Of a DNA stretch of 64,000 bases, positions 1 through 9,620 are shown piece by piece. Source of the stretch: an uncultured Pelagibacteraceae bacterium (GTDB lineage Bacteria; Pseudomonadota; Alphaproteobacteria; Pelagibacterales; Pelagibacteraceae). The translations under genes and the position numbers were made by a program. The DNA lies in the NCBI GenBank assembly GCA_905612415.1, contig CAJQRW010000003.1:4845-68844 (forward strand), written 5' to 3'. How positions within the stretch are numbered: position 1 is the first letter of the stretch; each line of letters begins with the position of its first letter. The notes under the pieces were generated by a model. That model had not been told where the DNA came from, did not search any database, and saw only the letters and a program-made list of their open reading frames with translations.

Positions 1-222
1 TGCCGACATTCCAGCAGCAGCTATTATTACTTCCATTTTATTTTTTTCAGCATCTTTCAGGAACTTGTGAAGTCTTTTCGGTGTTCTGTGAGCAGATATA
101 ATTTTTACATCATGCTTAATTCCAAATTGTTTTAGTGTATCACTGCAATGCTCCATGGTTCCTGCCCAATCAGATTTACTTCCCATGATAACGCCAACAA
201 GATTTTGTTTTTTAGTCTTCAT
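1..222 (-). CDS. purE: N5-carboxyaminoimidazole ribonucleotide mutase PurE, N-terminal part only (gene runs off the window edge)
   Basis: I translated the minus strand from the ATG at 220-222: MKTKKQNLVGVIMGSKSDWAGTMEHCSDTLKQFGIKHDVKIISAHRTPKRL...IIAAAGMSA. GSKSDW and SAHRTP are PurE hallmarks. It is truncated, so it is absent from the ORF track. Confidence 0.85.
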   Translation of the reverse strand, partial: MKTKKQNLVGVIMGSKSDWAGTMEHCSDTLKQFGIKHDVKIISAHRTPKRLHKFLKDAEKNKMEVIIAAAGMSA

Positions 223-793
223 TACTTTGAGTAATTTTTTTTTCTTTTGCTGCTTCTTTTCTTCTTTTTAGAATTTTTCTTTCTGCTTTATCTACTGCTT
301 TTTTAATATCTTCAACTGAACAAAAATTAAAAACCACAGGATCTTTTGGAGATAAGTTTGAAGAATTCCAATAACTTTTATTTCTTATTGCTGAAACAGT
401 ATTTGTTGTACTTCCTACAAGCTTTACAATTTGTCCGTCTGATAATTGTGGACAATTTTTTGTTAACCAAAGAACCGCTTCAGGTCTATCTTGTCTTTTT
501 GATAAAGGAATATATGTATTAGTTTTTTTTTCAGACTTTATGTCTAATGTTTTTTTATCTAGAACAAGAGCTCTATTAATATCTTTGGAACACTCTTCAA
601 TTTCTTCTCTTGTTAATTGACCAGCAAGGATTGGATTGTAAGCTTTTATCCCTTTTGCCACATCTCCGTCAGCTATACCTTTAATTTCAAGCTCATGGAG
701 ATCGCAGAATTGAGCTATTTGTTTAAAACTTATTTTTGTATTTTCCACTAACCAAACAGCAGTCGCTTTTGGCATAAAAGGTTTATCATTCAT
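212..793 (-). CDS. DUF1013 family protein (TrcR-like alphaproteobacterial cell-cycle regulator family)
   Basis: 193-aa ORF. The N-terminus PFMPKATAVWLVENTKISFKQIAQFCDLHELEIKGIADG matches the DUF1013 signature as I remember it. The stop overlaps the purE start by 11 nt. Confidence 0.8.
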   Translation of the reverse strand: MNDKPFMPKATAVWLVENTKISFKQIAQFCDLHELEIKGIADGDVAKGIKAYNPILAGQLTREEIEECSKDINRALVLDKKTLDIKSEKKTNTYIPLSKRQDRPEAVLWLTKNCPQLSDGQIVKLVGSTTNTVSAIRNKSYWNSSNLSPKDPVVFNFCSVEDIKKAVDKAERKILKRRKEAAKEKKITQSNED

Positions 794-1024
794 TTATTTT
801 TTTTCTTTTGATCTTAAGTTGTCAAATTTTTTTAAAAATTTACTTACCCTACCTTTGTCTGAGACTTTTTGACTTCCACCAACCCAAGCAGGATGTGATT
901 TTGAGTCAATATCAAGTTTTAACGTATCTCCCTCTTTACCCCAGGTAGACATAGTTTCAAACTTACTTCCGTCAGTCATGACTACGTTGATTTTGTGATA
1001 ATCAGGATGTATTTTTTTCTTCAT
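794..1024 (-). CDS. rpmE: 50S ribosomal protein L31
   Basis: [48 protein letters not shown] moved the start to the internal ATG at 1022-1024, because the track ORF adds 13 non-homologous residues. Confidence 0.9.
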   Translation of the reverse strand: MKKKIHPDYHKINVVMTDGSKFETMSTWGKEGDTLKLDIDSKSHPAWVGGSQKVSDKGRVSKFLKKFDNLRSKEKK

Positions 1025-1073
1025 AACGGACAATTTAATATAATAAAATAAATTAATTAACAACAGTAATTAA

Positions 1074-1859
1074 CTACTTTAAAACCTCAATCATTTCCTT
1101 ATTAATATTTGAATTAGTCACTAATATAGTTTTATTTTGTATATATTCGTTTTCTCCAGTAAAATCAGTCACAAACCCTCCAGCCTCCTTAACAAGAATA
1201 ATGCCTGCTGCTATATCCCAATAATTTAAATTCCTTTGCCAAAATCCGTCACATCTACCTGCAGCGACATACGCCATATCGAGTGACGCACTTCCTAATT
1301 TTCTAATGGGTATAAGCACCTTTGATGAAAAATTATTATATTCATTCAAAATTAAATCTTTATCTTTAGAATTAAATTTGGGACCACCAGTAAAAACAAT
1401 ACAGTCTTTTAATTTTGATCTTGAGGAAACTCTCATCCTTTGGTTATTTAAATATGATCCATTACCTTTTTCAGCTGTAAACATTTCATCTTTAATTGGA
1501 TCGTAAATAATTCCACAAATTATTTCGTTATCATGTTCTAAGCCAACTGATATAGCAAAATGAGGTATACCATGAAGAAAATTCGCAGTTCCATCTATAG
1601 GGTCAATAATCCATTTAAAAGAATCGTCGTTAGTTATTTTTCCAATCTCTTCACTTAAAATAGAATATTTAGGTCTAGCTTTTTGAAGTTCTTCAATAAG
1701 AATTGTTTCAACTTTTTTATCGGAAGCTGTAACAAAGTCTCCTGGCCCTTTAAGAGAGACTTGCAGATTTTCTATTTCTCCAAAATCTCTTATTATTACT
1801 TTAGCAGCTTTTCTGCAAGCATTTACCATCACATTTATATTTGCTGAAGATAGTTTCAT
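1074..1859 (-). CDS. suhB: Inositol monophosphatase family protein (SuhB-like)
   Basis: 261 aa with the IMPase motifs WIIDPIDGTANFLHG and WDIAAG. Confidence 0.9.
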   Translation of the reverse strand: MKLSSANINVMVNACRKAAKVIIRDFGEIENLQVSLKGPGDFVTASDKKVETILIEELQKARPKYSILSEEIGKITNDDSFKWIIDPIDGTANFLHGIPHFAISVGLEHDNEIICGIIYDPIKDEMFTAEKGNGSYLNNQRMRVSSRSKLKDCIVFTGGPKFNSKDKDLILNEYNNFSSKVLIPIRKLGSASLDMAYVAAGRCDGFWQRNLNYWDIAAGIILVKEAGGFVTDFTGENEYIQNKTILVTNSNINKEMIEVLK

Positions 1860-2423
1860 TTATTTAATTTTTTTAACATATTCTAGAGTTCTAGTATCCA
1901 AAATTATTTTATCGTCAGAATTTATAAATGGAGGAACCATAATTTTAATTCCATTTTCTAAAGTTGCAGGCTTATAAGATGAAGAGGCTGTTTGTCCTTT
2001 AATCGCCGCATCTGTGCTTTCAATTTTTAATTCAATTGAAGTAGGCAATTCAACTGATAGAGCGTCATCTTCATAAAACTGAACATTGACCTCAATATTT
2101 TCTTTTAATAATTTACTTTTTTCTCCAAGCAGGGATTTATTTATTTGAATTTGCTCAAAATTAACTTGGTCCATAAAATGACAATTTTTTTCATCTTCGT
2201 ATAAAAAGTTATATTTTTTATCATCTAAAATAGCTCTTTCAACTGAGTCACTAGATCTAAACCTTTCATTTAATTTAGTTCCTTTTTTTACACTTTTAAG
2301 TTCTACTTGGTTAAAAGCTCCACCTTTACCTGGCTTAACATGTTGCGCTTTTAAAACTGTCCATAAATCATCTTTATGCTCAATTATCATTCCTGGTTTA
2401 ATTTCATTACCTAATATTTTCAT
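1860..2423 (-). CDS. efp: Translation elongation factor P
   Basis: 187 aa with the HVKPGKGGAFNQVELKS loop and typical EF-P length. It abuts the suhB start with 0 nt between them. Confidence 0.95.
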   Translation of the reverse strand: MKILGNEIKPGMIIEHKDDLWTVLKAQHVKPGKGGAFNQVELKSVKKGTKLNERFRSSDSVERAILDDKKYNFLYEDEKNCHFMDQVNFEQIQINKSLLGEKSKLLKENIEVNVQFYEDDALSVELPTSIELKIESTDAAIKGQTASSSYKPATLENGIKIMVPPFINSDDKIILDTRTLEYVKKIK

Positions 2424-2426
2424 AAA

Positions 2427-3053
2427 TTATTTAAATTCTTTAATAGCATAAACAGGATCTAATTTTTTGTTATTCCAAACTGAACTGGAGCAAGCAACAT
2501 AATTTGCTCCACTATATAAAATTTTTTTATAATTAGAACTGTTTATTCCACCTATTGCAACAATTGGCATAGTAATTTTTTTTTTAGCCCAACGCAATAT
2601 ACCTAAGTTAGCCTTATAAGCAGATTTTTTTGTTGATGATTTAAAAAAAGCACCAAAGGCAATATAGTCCGCACCAGCATTTTTTGCTCTTAAAGCTAAT
2701 TTTTTTGAATTATGGCAAGTAACTCCAATAATTTTTTTATTCATCAATATTTTTCTACTATTAAAAAAACTCATATCTTTTTGGCCAATGTGGCAACCAT
2801 CAGCTTTTAATTTTTTTGCAAGTAGAGGTTCATCATTAATTAGAAATTTAACTCTATATTTTGTGCAGATTTTTTTTATTTTTTTTCCAATAAAAGTTTT
2901 ATTCTTAATTGTTTCTTTTTTTAATCTTAATTGAAAAAAACTTACTTTTTTTAATTTTAGTATTTTTTCTAGGTCAATATAAAATGATCTATTTTTAATT
3001 TTATTTGGTGAAATTAAATAAATAAATCTTTTATTGATTTTACTTTGTTTCAA
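2427..3053 (-). CDS. thiE: Thiamine-phosphate synthase
   Basis: The ThiE-like core is FIYLISP...INDEPLLAKKLKADGCHIGQKD...ADYIAFGAFFKSSTK...PIVAIGGIN. The longest ORF (to 3188) overlaps fba by 149 nt with non-homologous sequence. I prefer the in-frame TTG at 3051-3053 (14-nt overlap, about 208 aa). The start remains uncertain. Confidence 0.8.
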   Translation of the reverse strand: MKQSKINKRFIYLISPNKIKNRSFYIDLEKILKLKKVSFFQLRLKKETIKNKTFIGKKIKKICTKYRVKFLINDEPLLAKKLKADGCHIGQKDMSFFNSRKILMNKKIIGVTCHNSKKLALRAKNAGADYIAFGAFFKSSTKKSAYKANLGILRWAKKKITMPIVAIGGINSSNYKKILYSGANYVACSSSVWNNKKLDPVYAIKEFK

Positions 3054-4050
3054 TCTCTTCTGACCATTCTCCTTGAGCTGCAAGTGAACACATATTGGCT
3101 CTATGATTGAAAATTTCTTGTGTACCTTTAATGTTATTAATGTCTTTTGACCAGAACTTGAGAGCACTTTGTTGTAGGGCTCTACCATACGAGTAAGTCA
3201 TAATAAAGTTTGAATAATTTAGTTTATTAATTAAATTTAAGTTTTTTGTTGCTTCCATTTCAGTTTGTCCACCAGATAAAAAGGTTATTCCAGGCACCTC
3301 TGCTGGAACAGCATTTGTTAGACATTTTAAAGTTAGTTTGGCAACTTCCTCATTTGCAATTTTTTCACTAGAGTCAGATCCAGGTAAAATCATATTAGGT
3401 TTTAATATGGTGCCAGTTAAATCAACTTTATTAAAAATTAATTCTTCGTAACACTTTTGTATAACTTCTGAGGTTTTATTATAGCACTCTTCAGCCGAGT
3501 GATTTCCGTCCATTAATACCTCTGGTTCAACTATTGGCACCATCCCACACTCTTGCACAAGGGCAGCATATCTTGCTAATGCATGTGCATTTGAAAAAAT
3601 TGATAACTTACTTGGGTGTTCATCAGATATAACATAAACACCTCTCCATTTTGTAAATCTTGCTCCAAGCTTGTAGTATTCTTTTAATCTTTCTCGTAAA
3701 CCGTCTAGTCCCTCTGTAATTTTTTCTTTAGGTGAATTTGCTAAAACTTTTGCCCCAGTGTCGACCTTAATTCCAGGAACAGCACCAGATTTAGAAATTA
3801 GTTCTGGTATAGTTTTTTCTGAGCTTGTAGTCTGCTTAATCGTTTCGTCATATAAAATTACTCCACCTATACAAGTTTCCATGCTCTTAGAAGAAAAAAG
3901 GGTTTCTCTAAATAAAAGTCTATTTTTTGAAGTTGATGGAACACTTACACTTTCAAGTCTTTTTGTCATTGTGCCTGTACTCTCATCTGCAGCCAAGATG
4001 CCTTTTCCACTTGATAAAATTTTTAAGACGATGTTATTTAATTCAGACAT
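3040..4050 (-). CDS. fba: Fructose-bisphosphate aldolase, class I
   Basis: 336 aa. The N-terminal GKGILAADESTGTMTKRL is the class I FBA signature. Confidence 0.92.
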   Translation of the reverse strand: MSELNNIVLKILSSGKGILAADESTGTMTKRLESVSVPSTSKNRLLFRETLFSSKSMETCIGGVILYDETIKQTTSSEKTIPELISKSGAVPGIKVDTGAKVLANSPKEKITEGLDGLRERLKEYYKLGARFTKWRGVYVISDEHPSKLSIFSNAHALARYAALVQECGMVPIVEPEVLMDGNHSAEECYNKTSEVIQKCYEELIFNKVDLTGTILKPNMILPGSDSSEKIANEEVAKLTLKCLTNAVPAEVPGITFLSGGQTEMEATKNLNLINKLNYSNFIMTYSYGRALQQSALKFWSKDINNIKGTQEIFNHRANMCSLAAQGEWSEEIETK

Positions 4051-4051
4051 A

Positions 4052-5230
4052 TCAATTTAAAACCTTTATACCAGGAAGCTCTTTACCTTCAAGATATTCT
4101 AAAAAAGCACCACCCGCAGTTGAAACAAAACTAAAGTTATTAAAAATACCCATATTATTTAATAATGCAACAGTATCACCCCCGCCGATTACTGAATAAA
4201 TTGTTTTAGCTTTATTCTTTTCAATAATTTTATTAGCAATTTCATAACTTCCCTTGGCAAAATCAGGATTTTCAAAATAGCCAGCAGGACCATTCCAAAG
4301 AACAGTATTGCTAGCTTTAATTACATTATTGATAGTTTTTATTGTTTTAGGACCAATATCTAAAATTAATTCATCTTTTAAAACATTATTTAAATTTTTT
4401 ATTTCAGGCGAACCTCTAAAATTTTTTCCAACCACCACATCCTCAGGATAAATAATTTTACACGCTTCTTTTTTTGATAGAGTAAATATTTCTTCTATTA
4501 TTTGATCACAATTATCCTCTTTTACTGATTTCCCAATATGATAACCTTTATATTTAAGTATGTTATTGGCCATACCTCCAACAAGGATAATGTTATCAAA
4601 TTTGGGTATTAAATTTTTAATAATATTAATCTTTGAAGAGATTTTTGATCCCCCAATAATACATGTGATTGGTCTTTTGATTTCAGATGTTATCTTATTT
4701 AATGCATCAACTTCTAAATTTAATTGTAATCCAGAATAGGATGGAAGAAACTTAGCAATTTCTGAGATAGAAGCGTGAGCTCTATGAGAACATGAAAAAG
4801 CATCATTTACATAAATATCAGCAAGCGTAGCTAAGTGTTTTGCAAATTGAATATTATTTTTTTCTTCTTCTTCGTAAAATCTTAAATTTTCAAGCATAAT
4901 TATTTTATCTTCAAAATTGTTAAATAGGTCTTTTGAATTAATTTCTTTTAGGTTTTTTGTAATTAGTTTTATATTGATATCTAATTTTTTTTTTAGATCT
5001 TCACATATTGGTTTAAGAGAAAGCTTGTTTACCACCTTACCTTTAGGTCTTCCTACATGTGATAATATTATTATTTTTGTATTATTTTTTAGTAAAAAAT
5101 TTATAGTCGGAAGGATTTTATCTATGCGCGTTGTATCAGTTATCTTACCATTTTCTAACGGAACATTTAAATCGAGTCGTAACAAAACTTTTTTTTTATT
5201 GAGATCTAGCTGATCTATTATACTTTTCAT
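4052..5230 (-). CDS. pgk: Phosphoglycerate kinase
   Basis: 392 aa with LLRLDLNVP, FSCSHRAHAS and GGGDTVA-type motifs. Confidence 0.95.
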   Translation of the reverse strand: MKSIIDQLDLNKKKVLLRLDLNVPLENGKITDTTRIDKILPTINFLLKNNTKIIILSHVGRPKGKVVNKLSLKPICEDLKKKLDINIKLITKNLKEINSKDLFNNFEDKIIMLENLRFYEEEEKNNIQFAKHLATLADIYVNDAFSCSHRAHASISEIAKFLPSYSGLQLNLEVDALNKITSEIKRPITCIIGGSKISSKINIIKNLIPKFDNIILVGGMANNILKYKGYHIGKSVKEDNCDQIIEEIFTLSKKEACKIIYPEDVVVGKNFRGSPEIKNLNNVLKDELILDIGPKTIKTINNVIKASNTVLWNGPAGYFENPDFAKGSYEIANKIIEKNKAKTIYSVIGGGDTVALLNNMGIFNNFSFVSTAGGAFLEYLEGKELPGIKVLN

Positions 5231-6237
5231 TAAGAAATTTTATGAAGATGTTCAGCAATATCACACATTCTATTTGAAAAACCCCACTCATTATCATACC
5301 AGGCTGAAATTTTTACCATATTTTTACCAACGACACTTGTTAATGAAGAGTCAATAATAGCTGAAGCTGAATTGTGATTAAAGTCAATTGAGACTAGTTT
5401 TTCTGCTGTAACTTCTAAAATCTTTTTAGATTGTTTTCTAGAAGCGGAAGTAAATGCATCGTTAACTTTTTCTTTAGTTATTTCTTTTTTTGTACAAACA
5501 ACTAATTCTATTAAAGAAACATTGGGAGTAGGAACTCTCAACGCAATACCCTCAAGTTTTCCTTTTAGAGCAGGAATAATTTCACCAATAGCTTTTGATG
5601 CACCCGTGGAAGTTGGAACAATTGATTGACTGGCAGATCTTGCGCGTCTTGGGTCTTTATGAGAATTGTCTAAAATTCGTTGATCGCTAGTAAATGCATG
5701 AACAGTTGTCATGAAGCCTTTTTCAATTTCAAAGTTTTCATGTAAAACATTTGCAACTGGCGCCAAACAATTAGTTGTGCAAGATGCTGCAGATATAATA
5801 TTGTCACTTTCAGAAAGAACATTTTCGTTTACACCAAATACAATAGTTTTATCGGCATTTTTACAAGGAGCAGAAACGATAACTTTTTTAGCACCATTTT
5901 TTATATGTGATAATAATTTATCTTTAGAATTAAATTTACCTGTACACTCAAACACATAATCAACATTGAATTTTTCCCAATTAATATTTTTAATATCAGT
6001 TTCTTGTGAATAAGATATTTTTTTTTTATTTATAATTAAATTATTATTATCAAAATTTATATCTGCATCGAATTTTCCATGAATAGAATCGTACTTCATA
6101 AGTGAACAAGCAACCTCAGAGCTAGACCTATTATTAATATGATTGATTTCAATATTACTATTTTTGTCTTCAATAATAGCTCTAATTAACATTCTACCAA
6201 TTCTGCCTAAACCATTGATTCCGATTTTTATATTCAT
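5230..6237 (-). CDS. gap: Glyceraldehyde-3-phosphate dehydrogenase
   Basis: 335 aa with INGLGRIGR (NAD fold), the catalytic ASCTTNCLAP and WYDNEWGF. Confidence 0.95.
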   Translation of the reverse strand: MNIKIGINGLGRIGRMLIRAIIEDKNSNIEINHINNRSSSEVACSLMKYDSIHGKFDADINFDNNNLIINKKKISYSQETDIKNINWEKFNVDYVFECTGKFNSKDKLLSHIKNGAKKVIVSAPCKNADKTIVFGVNENVLSESDNIISAASCTTNCLAPVANVLHENFEIEKGFMTTVHAFTSDQRILDNSHKDPRRARSASQSIVPTSTGASKAIGEIIPALKGKLEGIALRVPTPNVSLIELVVCTKKEITKEKVNDAFTSASRKQSKKILEVTAEKLVSIDFNHNSASAIIDSSLTSVVGKNMVKISAWYDNEWGFSNRMCDIAEHLHKIS

Positions 6238-6240
6238 AAA

Positions 6241-8226
6241 TTATTTTTCTAACATTTTTTTAGCAAGACCAACAACATTGTCGCTAGTTAAATTAAAATG
6301 TTCATATAAATCTTTAATTGGAGCACTCTTTCCAAAAGATTGCATTCCTAAAGAAATCCCCTCTGATCCCACGTATTTTTCCCAACCGTATACACTGCTT
6401 GCTTCTATAGAAATTTTTATTGAATTTTTTTCAATTATCTTTTCCTTATACTCTTTAGATTGTTTATTAAACAATTCTTGGCATGGCATAGAAACTACTT
6501 TTGAATTAATATTAATATCTTTTAATTTTTTGAAAGCATCGACTGCAATCATAACTTCTGATCCAGAGGCAATTAAAGTTACTTCAGGATTAGGTTCGTT
6601 TTTTTTAATTTCATAAGCTCCAAAACTACTCATATTTTCTTTCACTAATGTTTCTGTAACAAATGGAAGTTTTTGTCTTGATAAGGCTATCACGCTGGGA
6701 GTATTGCTATTTTTTAAGGCTAATTCCCAACACTCAAGTGTCTCAATTGTGTCAGCAGGTCTAAACACATTTAAATTTGGTATTGCTCTGAGATGAGCAA
6801 GATGTTCGATGGGTTGGTGAGTAGGACCGTCTTCACCTAACCCAATGGAGTCGTGAGAAAATATATAAATTACTTTTAAACCCATTAAAGCAGATAGCCT
6901 TAAAGAGGGTTTGCAATAATCTAGAAAAACCAAAAAAGTTCCACCATAAGGGATAACACCTTTATGCAACGCCATGCCATTCATTATTCCTGCCATAGCA
7001 TGCTCTCTAACACCGTAGTGTATATAATTCCCTTTAAAGTTCGCTGGCTTAATTGCTTGTGAATATTTTGTATTGGTATTATTTGAACCACTTAAATCAG
7101 CTGATCCACCAATTAATTCAGGTAAAATATTTGTAATTCCTTCCAGCACAGAAGCAGATGATTGTCTTGAAGCTATATCAGGTTTTAAACTAAAAAATTT
7201 ACTTTTTTGTTCATATATAATTTTTCCAAAATTTTTTGGCAATTCATTATTCAATATTCTAAGCATTTCATCTTTTATTTTTTTACTTTTTTTGTTGTAA
7301 GTTGCATCCCATTTTTTTTCTTGCAAGACTCCTTTTTCCCCAATTTCTCTCCACTGATTAAGAATTTCTTTTGGTATTTCAAATGGTTTATGTTTCCATT
7401 TTAATTTTTTTCTAGTGAGTTCAACTTCAGCTTCACCAAGAGCCGCACCATGGGAAGATGATTTTCCAGCTTTATTTGGTGAGCCATAACCAATAATGGT
7501 TTTACAAGAAATTAATGTAGGTTTTTTTGAATTTAAACTTTTTTTAATAGCTTTTGATATTTCTTTTTCGCTGTGACCATTTATCTCTTGGAAAAACCAA
7601 CCATAACTTTCAAATCTTTTTTTATAGTTATCTGATATAGTTAAATTTGTTGGCCCATCAATAGAAATTTTATTGTTATCAAAAAAAACAATTAAATTTT
7701 TTAACTTTAAATGCCCAGCTAAGCTCATTGCTTCGTGGCTTATGCCTTCCATAAAATCTCCGTCACTCGCAATAACATATGTTTTATGGTTAATTAAATT
7801 AGCACCAAGATTCTTTTTCATAATTTCTTCAGCTATTGCCATTCCCACAGCATTTGCCAAACCTTGACCTAAAGGTCCTGTTGTTGTTTCTATTCCAGTA
7901 TTTTTCTCATACTCAGGGTGGCCAGCACAAATAGAATTTAATTTTCTAAAATTTTGAATATCTTTAATTGAGACACTTTTATATCCAGTTAAGTAAAGCA
8001 AAGAATAGAGAAGCATCGAACCATGACCAGCTGAAAGAATAAATCGATCTCTATCGACCCAATCAGGATTTTTAGGATTAAACCTTAGGTAGTATTTAAA
8101 TAGTACAGTTGCTACATCGGCCATACCCATGGGCAAACCGGGGTGACCCGAATTTGCTTTTTGAACAGCATCAATAGCAAGAAATCTTATTGCATTTGAT
8201 AAATCTTTGAAGGTTGGTCTCACCAT
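6241..8226 (-). CDS. tkt: Transketolase
   Basis: 661 aa with SGHPGLPMGMAD, GDGDFMEG (TPP motif) and HDSIGLGEDGPTHQPIEHL. Confidence 0.95.
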   Translation of the reverse strand: MVRPTFKDLSNAIRFLAIDAVQKANSGHPGLPMGMADVATVLFKYYLRFNPKNPDWVDRDRFILSAGHGSMLLYSLLYLTGYKSVSIKDIQNFRKLNSICAGHPEYEKNTGIETTTGPLGQGLANAVGMAIAEEIMKKNLGANLINHKTYVIASDGDFMEGISHEAMSLAGHLKLKNLIVFFDNNKISIDGPTNLTISDNYKKRFESYGWFFQEINGHSEKEISKAIKKSLNSKKPTLISCKTIIGYGSPNKAGKSSSHGAALGEAEVELTRKKLKWKHKPFEIPKEILNQWREIGEKGVLQEKKWDATYNKKSKKIKDEMLRILNNELPKNFGKIIYEQKSKFFSLKPDIASRQSSASVLEGITNILPELIGGSADLSGSNNTNTKYSQAIKPANFKGNYIHYGVREHAMAGIMNGMALHKGVIPYGGTFLVFLDYCKPSLRLSALMGLKVIYIFSHDSIGLGEDGPTHQPIEHLAHLRAIPNLNVFRPADTIETLECWELALKNSNTPSVIALSRQKLPFVTETLVKENMSSFGAYEIKKNEPNPEVTLIASGSEVMIAVDAFKKLKDININSKVVSMPCQELFNKQSKEYKEKIIEKNSIKISIEASSVYGWEKYVGSEGISLGMQSFGKSAPIKDLYEHFNLTSDNVVGLAKKMLEK

Positions 8227-8283
8227 AAAACCTATATAGACTTGGAGGCATCAAATCAATATTATGATTTTAAAATATATTAA

Positions 8284-8607
8284 ATGAAAAATTTCGAAGA
8301 AAAAGAAAAAAAATTAGATGGTGTTCTTGATAAATTAAACAGCATGTCAAACAAAGTCGAAAAAATGAGCAATGACATTGTTTCTTTAAATAATGAGAAA
8401 AATCAATTATTAAGGGAAAAAGAAGAATCAGAGAAAAACCACAAAAAACTTTTAAAACAACATCAACAGCTAAAATTAGATTTGGAAAAAATTGATACAG
8501 AAACAGATAGCAAGTTTGGTAATAGAGATAATTTTAATAAGAAAATTGATGAACTAAATCAAGAAACTGAAACTTTGATAGATGAAATTGATAAATGGCA
8601 AACATAA
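8284..8607 (+). CDS. Coiled-coil protein, possibly the DUF4164-type protein found next to zapA
   Basis: 107 aa, K/E/L-rich with a heptad-like pattern. It sits directly upstream of zapA and overlaps it by 13 nt, the position DUF4164 genes occupy in Alphaproteobacteria. I saw no strong motif. Confidence 0.6.
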   Translation: MKNFEEKEKKLDGVLDKLNSMSNKVEKMSNDIVSLNNEKNQLLREKEESEKNHKKLLKQHQQLKLDLEKIDTETDSKFGNRDNFNKKIDELNQETETLIDEIDKWQT

Positions 8608-9047
8608 ATATAAAATTTAACAATAAAGATTATTTGCTATCTTGCGATGATGGACAAGAAGAAAACCTTAAAGAATTAGCAAATCATCTTGATTCAAAAT
8701 ATAACACATTAAAAAAAGATTTAGGAAACCTTGGAGAAAACAAATTGTTATTAATAACAGCAATCCAAATGGTTGATGATTATTTTGATTTATTTAAAAA
8801 AGTTAAAGATAAAAAAAATGATTTTGAGAAATTATCGATTAAATTTAACGAACTTAAGTCTTTAGCAATAAATTATAAAAATGAAAAAGAGCACGAGATG
8901 GAAAAATTAAAGGAAGAGATGAATAAATTTGAAGAGACGGTAGAAAAAAATAAAAACTCGTACGAAGAAATTTTGGATAAAACAACAAAATCAATTGAAA
9001 AGTTTATTGAGAATGCTGGAATTGATAGCGAGACAAACATTCAATAA
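8595..9047 (+). CDS. zapA: Cell division protein ZapA with an extended K/E-rich C-terminal tail
   Basis: NIKFNNKDYLLSCDDGQEENLKELANHLDSKY...LLLITAIQMVDDY fits the ZapA fold pattern. It has the conserved position upstream of the 5-formyl-THF cyclo-ligase gene. Confidence 0.8.
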   Translation: MANINIKFNNKDYLLSCDDGQEENLKELANHLDSKYNTLKKDLGNLGENKLLLITAIQMVDDYFDLFKKVKDKKNDFEKLSIKFNELKSLAINYKNEKEHEMEKLKEEMNKFEETVEKNKNSYEEILDKTTKSIEKFIENAGIDSETNIQ

Positions 9048-9608
9048 ATGAAGTATGATAAATCATATTTAAGAAAAAAATATATACTTCAAAGAAAAAA
9101 AAAATACCTCTCTGAAAAAAATTTTAATTTTAGTTTGATTTTTGAACTGATAAAAAAAAAATTTTTTAGCAAAAAAATTACTATAGCAAGCTATTACCCA
9201 TCAAATTATGAAGTAAATATTCTACCATTTCTTGAAATTGCTAATAATAAAAAATTCAAAATCGCTTTACCCGTAACTAAACATTCAGGAAAAATGAGTT
9301 TTAAACCTTGGGTTTTTAATGAAACATTGTATGTGAGTTCATTTGGAACACTTGAACCTCTCAAATCAAAAAAAGATGTTATTCCAGATCTAATTTTGGT
9401 CCCACTAGTAGCATATGATACAAGATTAAATAGAATTGGATATGGAAAAGGTTATTACGACAGAATTTTACAAAAAATTAGTAAGATTAAAAAAAGAAAA
9501 GTTTTTTTAGGAATTGCACATTCATTTCAAAAATGTAAAAAAATACCAATTAACGAACATGATTTTAAATTGGACTATATTTTTACTGACCAGGGTATTA
9601 TAAAATAA
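9048..9608 (+). CDS. 5-formyltetrahydrofolate cyclo-ligase
   Basis: 186 aa. LILVPLVAYDTRLNRIGYGKGYYDRIL is the family signature. Confidence 0.88.
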   Translation: MKYDKSYLRKKYILQRKKKYLSEKNFNFSLIFELIKKKFFSKKITIASYYPSNYEVNILPFLEIANNKKFKIALPVTKHSGKMSFKPWVFNETLYVSSFGTLEPLKSKKDVIPDLILVPLVAYDTRLNRIGYGKGYYDRILQKISKIKKRKVFLGIAHSFQKCKKIPINEHDFKLDYIFTDQGIIK

Positions 9609-9620
9609 AATTAGCAAATT

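Noticed and set aside
6143-6616. A 157-aa plus-strand ORF spanning the gap/tkt boundary. Similar long antisense ORFs occur at 18096-18470, 22955-23326, 26408-26770, 28070-28447, 41847-42233, 46685-47047 and 63161-63508.
   Set aside because: Each lies entirely opposite a CDS with unmistakable family motifs (gap/tkt, ftsH, purA, ABC-2 permease, tsaC, nadC, ureohydrolase, etfB). Each has low-complexity, Ser/Leu/Phe/Ile-rich composition and no ribosome-binding site that I could see. These are typical shadow ORFs of the complementary frame.
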